Virus record (IMG/VR): IMGVR_UViG_3300048927_000250
Location: 62,001-126,000 of that record
Reading direction: 5' to 3' (one strand)
Length of the DNA stretch: 64,000 nucleotides
Positions 63,981-64,000 of this stretch are shown here, piece after piece. The notes under the pieces are model-generated. The model did not search any database, had not been told where the DNA came from, and was given only the letters and a program-made list of their open reading frames with translations. The translations under genes and the position numbers were made by a program. Position 1 is the stretch's first letter, and every line of letters starts with the position of its first letter.

Positions 63981-64000
63981 GGACTTACTCGCCGCTCCCC

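Noticed and set aside
1-64000. Alternative genetic code / stop reassignment
   Set aside because: Standard code gives full-length core genes with dense packing, and TAA, TGA and TAG all serve as stops

Overview
64 kb of a phiKZ-like jumbo phage (Chimalliviridae-type, ~52% GC by eye; gene order resembles what I recall for SPN3US/Erwinia jumbo phages; no database search was possible). Core genes: split multisubunit RNA polymerase subunits (virion beta C-terminal piece, non-virion beta N-terminal piece), UvsX, RNase H, SbcC, thymidylate kinase, RuvC, DnaB, portal, major capsid protein (MCP), baseplate/spike/fibre genes and an embedded spanin pair. Two accessory early cassettes lie at ~1-4.7 kb and ~17.5-20.6 kb. 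No tRNA, CRISPR array, integrase, transposase, intron or intein was seen. Most notable observations: (1) a ~120-nt minus-strand RNA element at 4765-4905 with an 18-bp G.U-supported terminator-like stem and a second hairpin whose loop is exactly complementary to that stem's apex (switch or kissing-loop RNA); (2) a nucleotidyltransferase next to a catalytically dead paralog; (3) four palindromes packed around the MCP promoter; (4) two families of repeated 16-17 bp translation-start modules; (5) four otherwise unrelated virion genes sharing a 10-residue N-terminal tag; (6) hairpins followed by a TATG-containing tail instead of poly-U. phiKZ gp numbers are recalled from the literature and assigned by motif and synteny, not by alignment.
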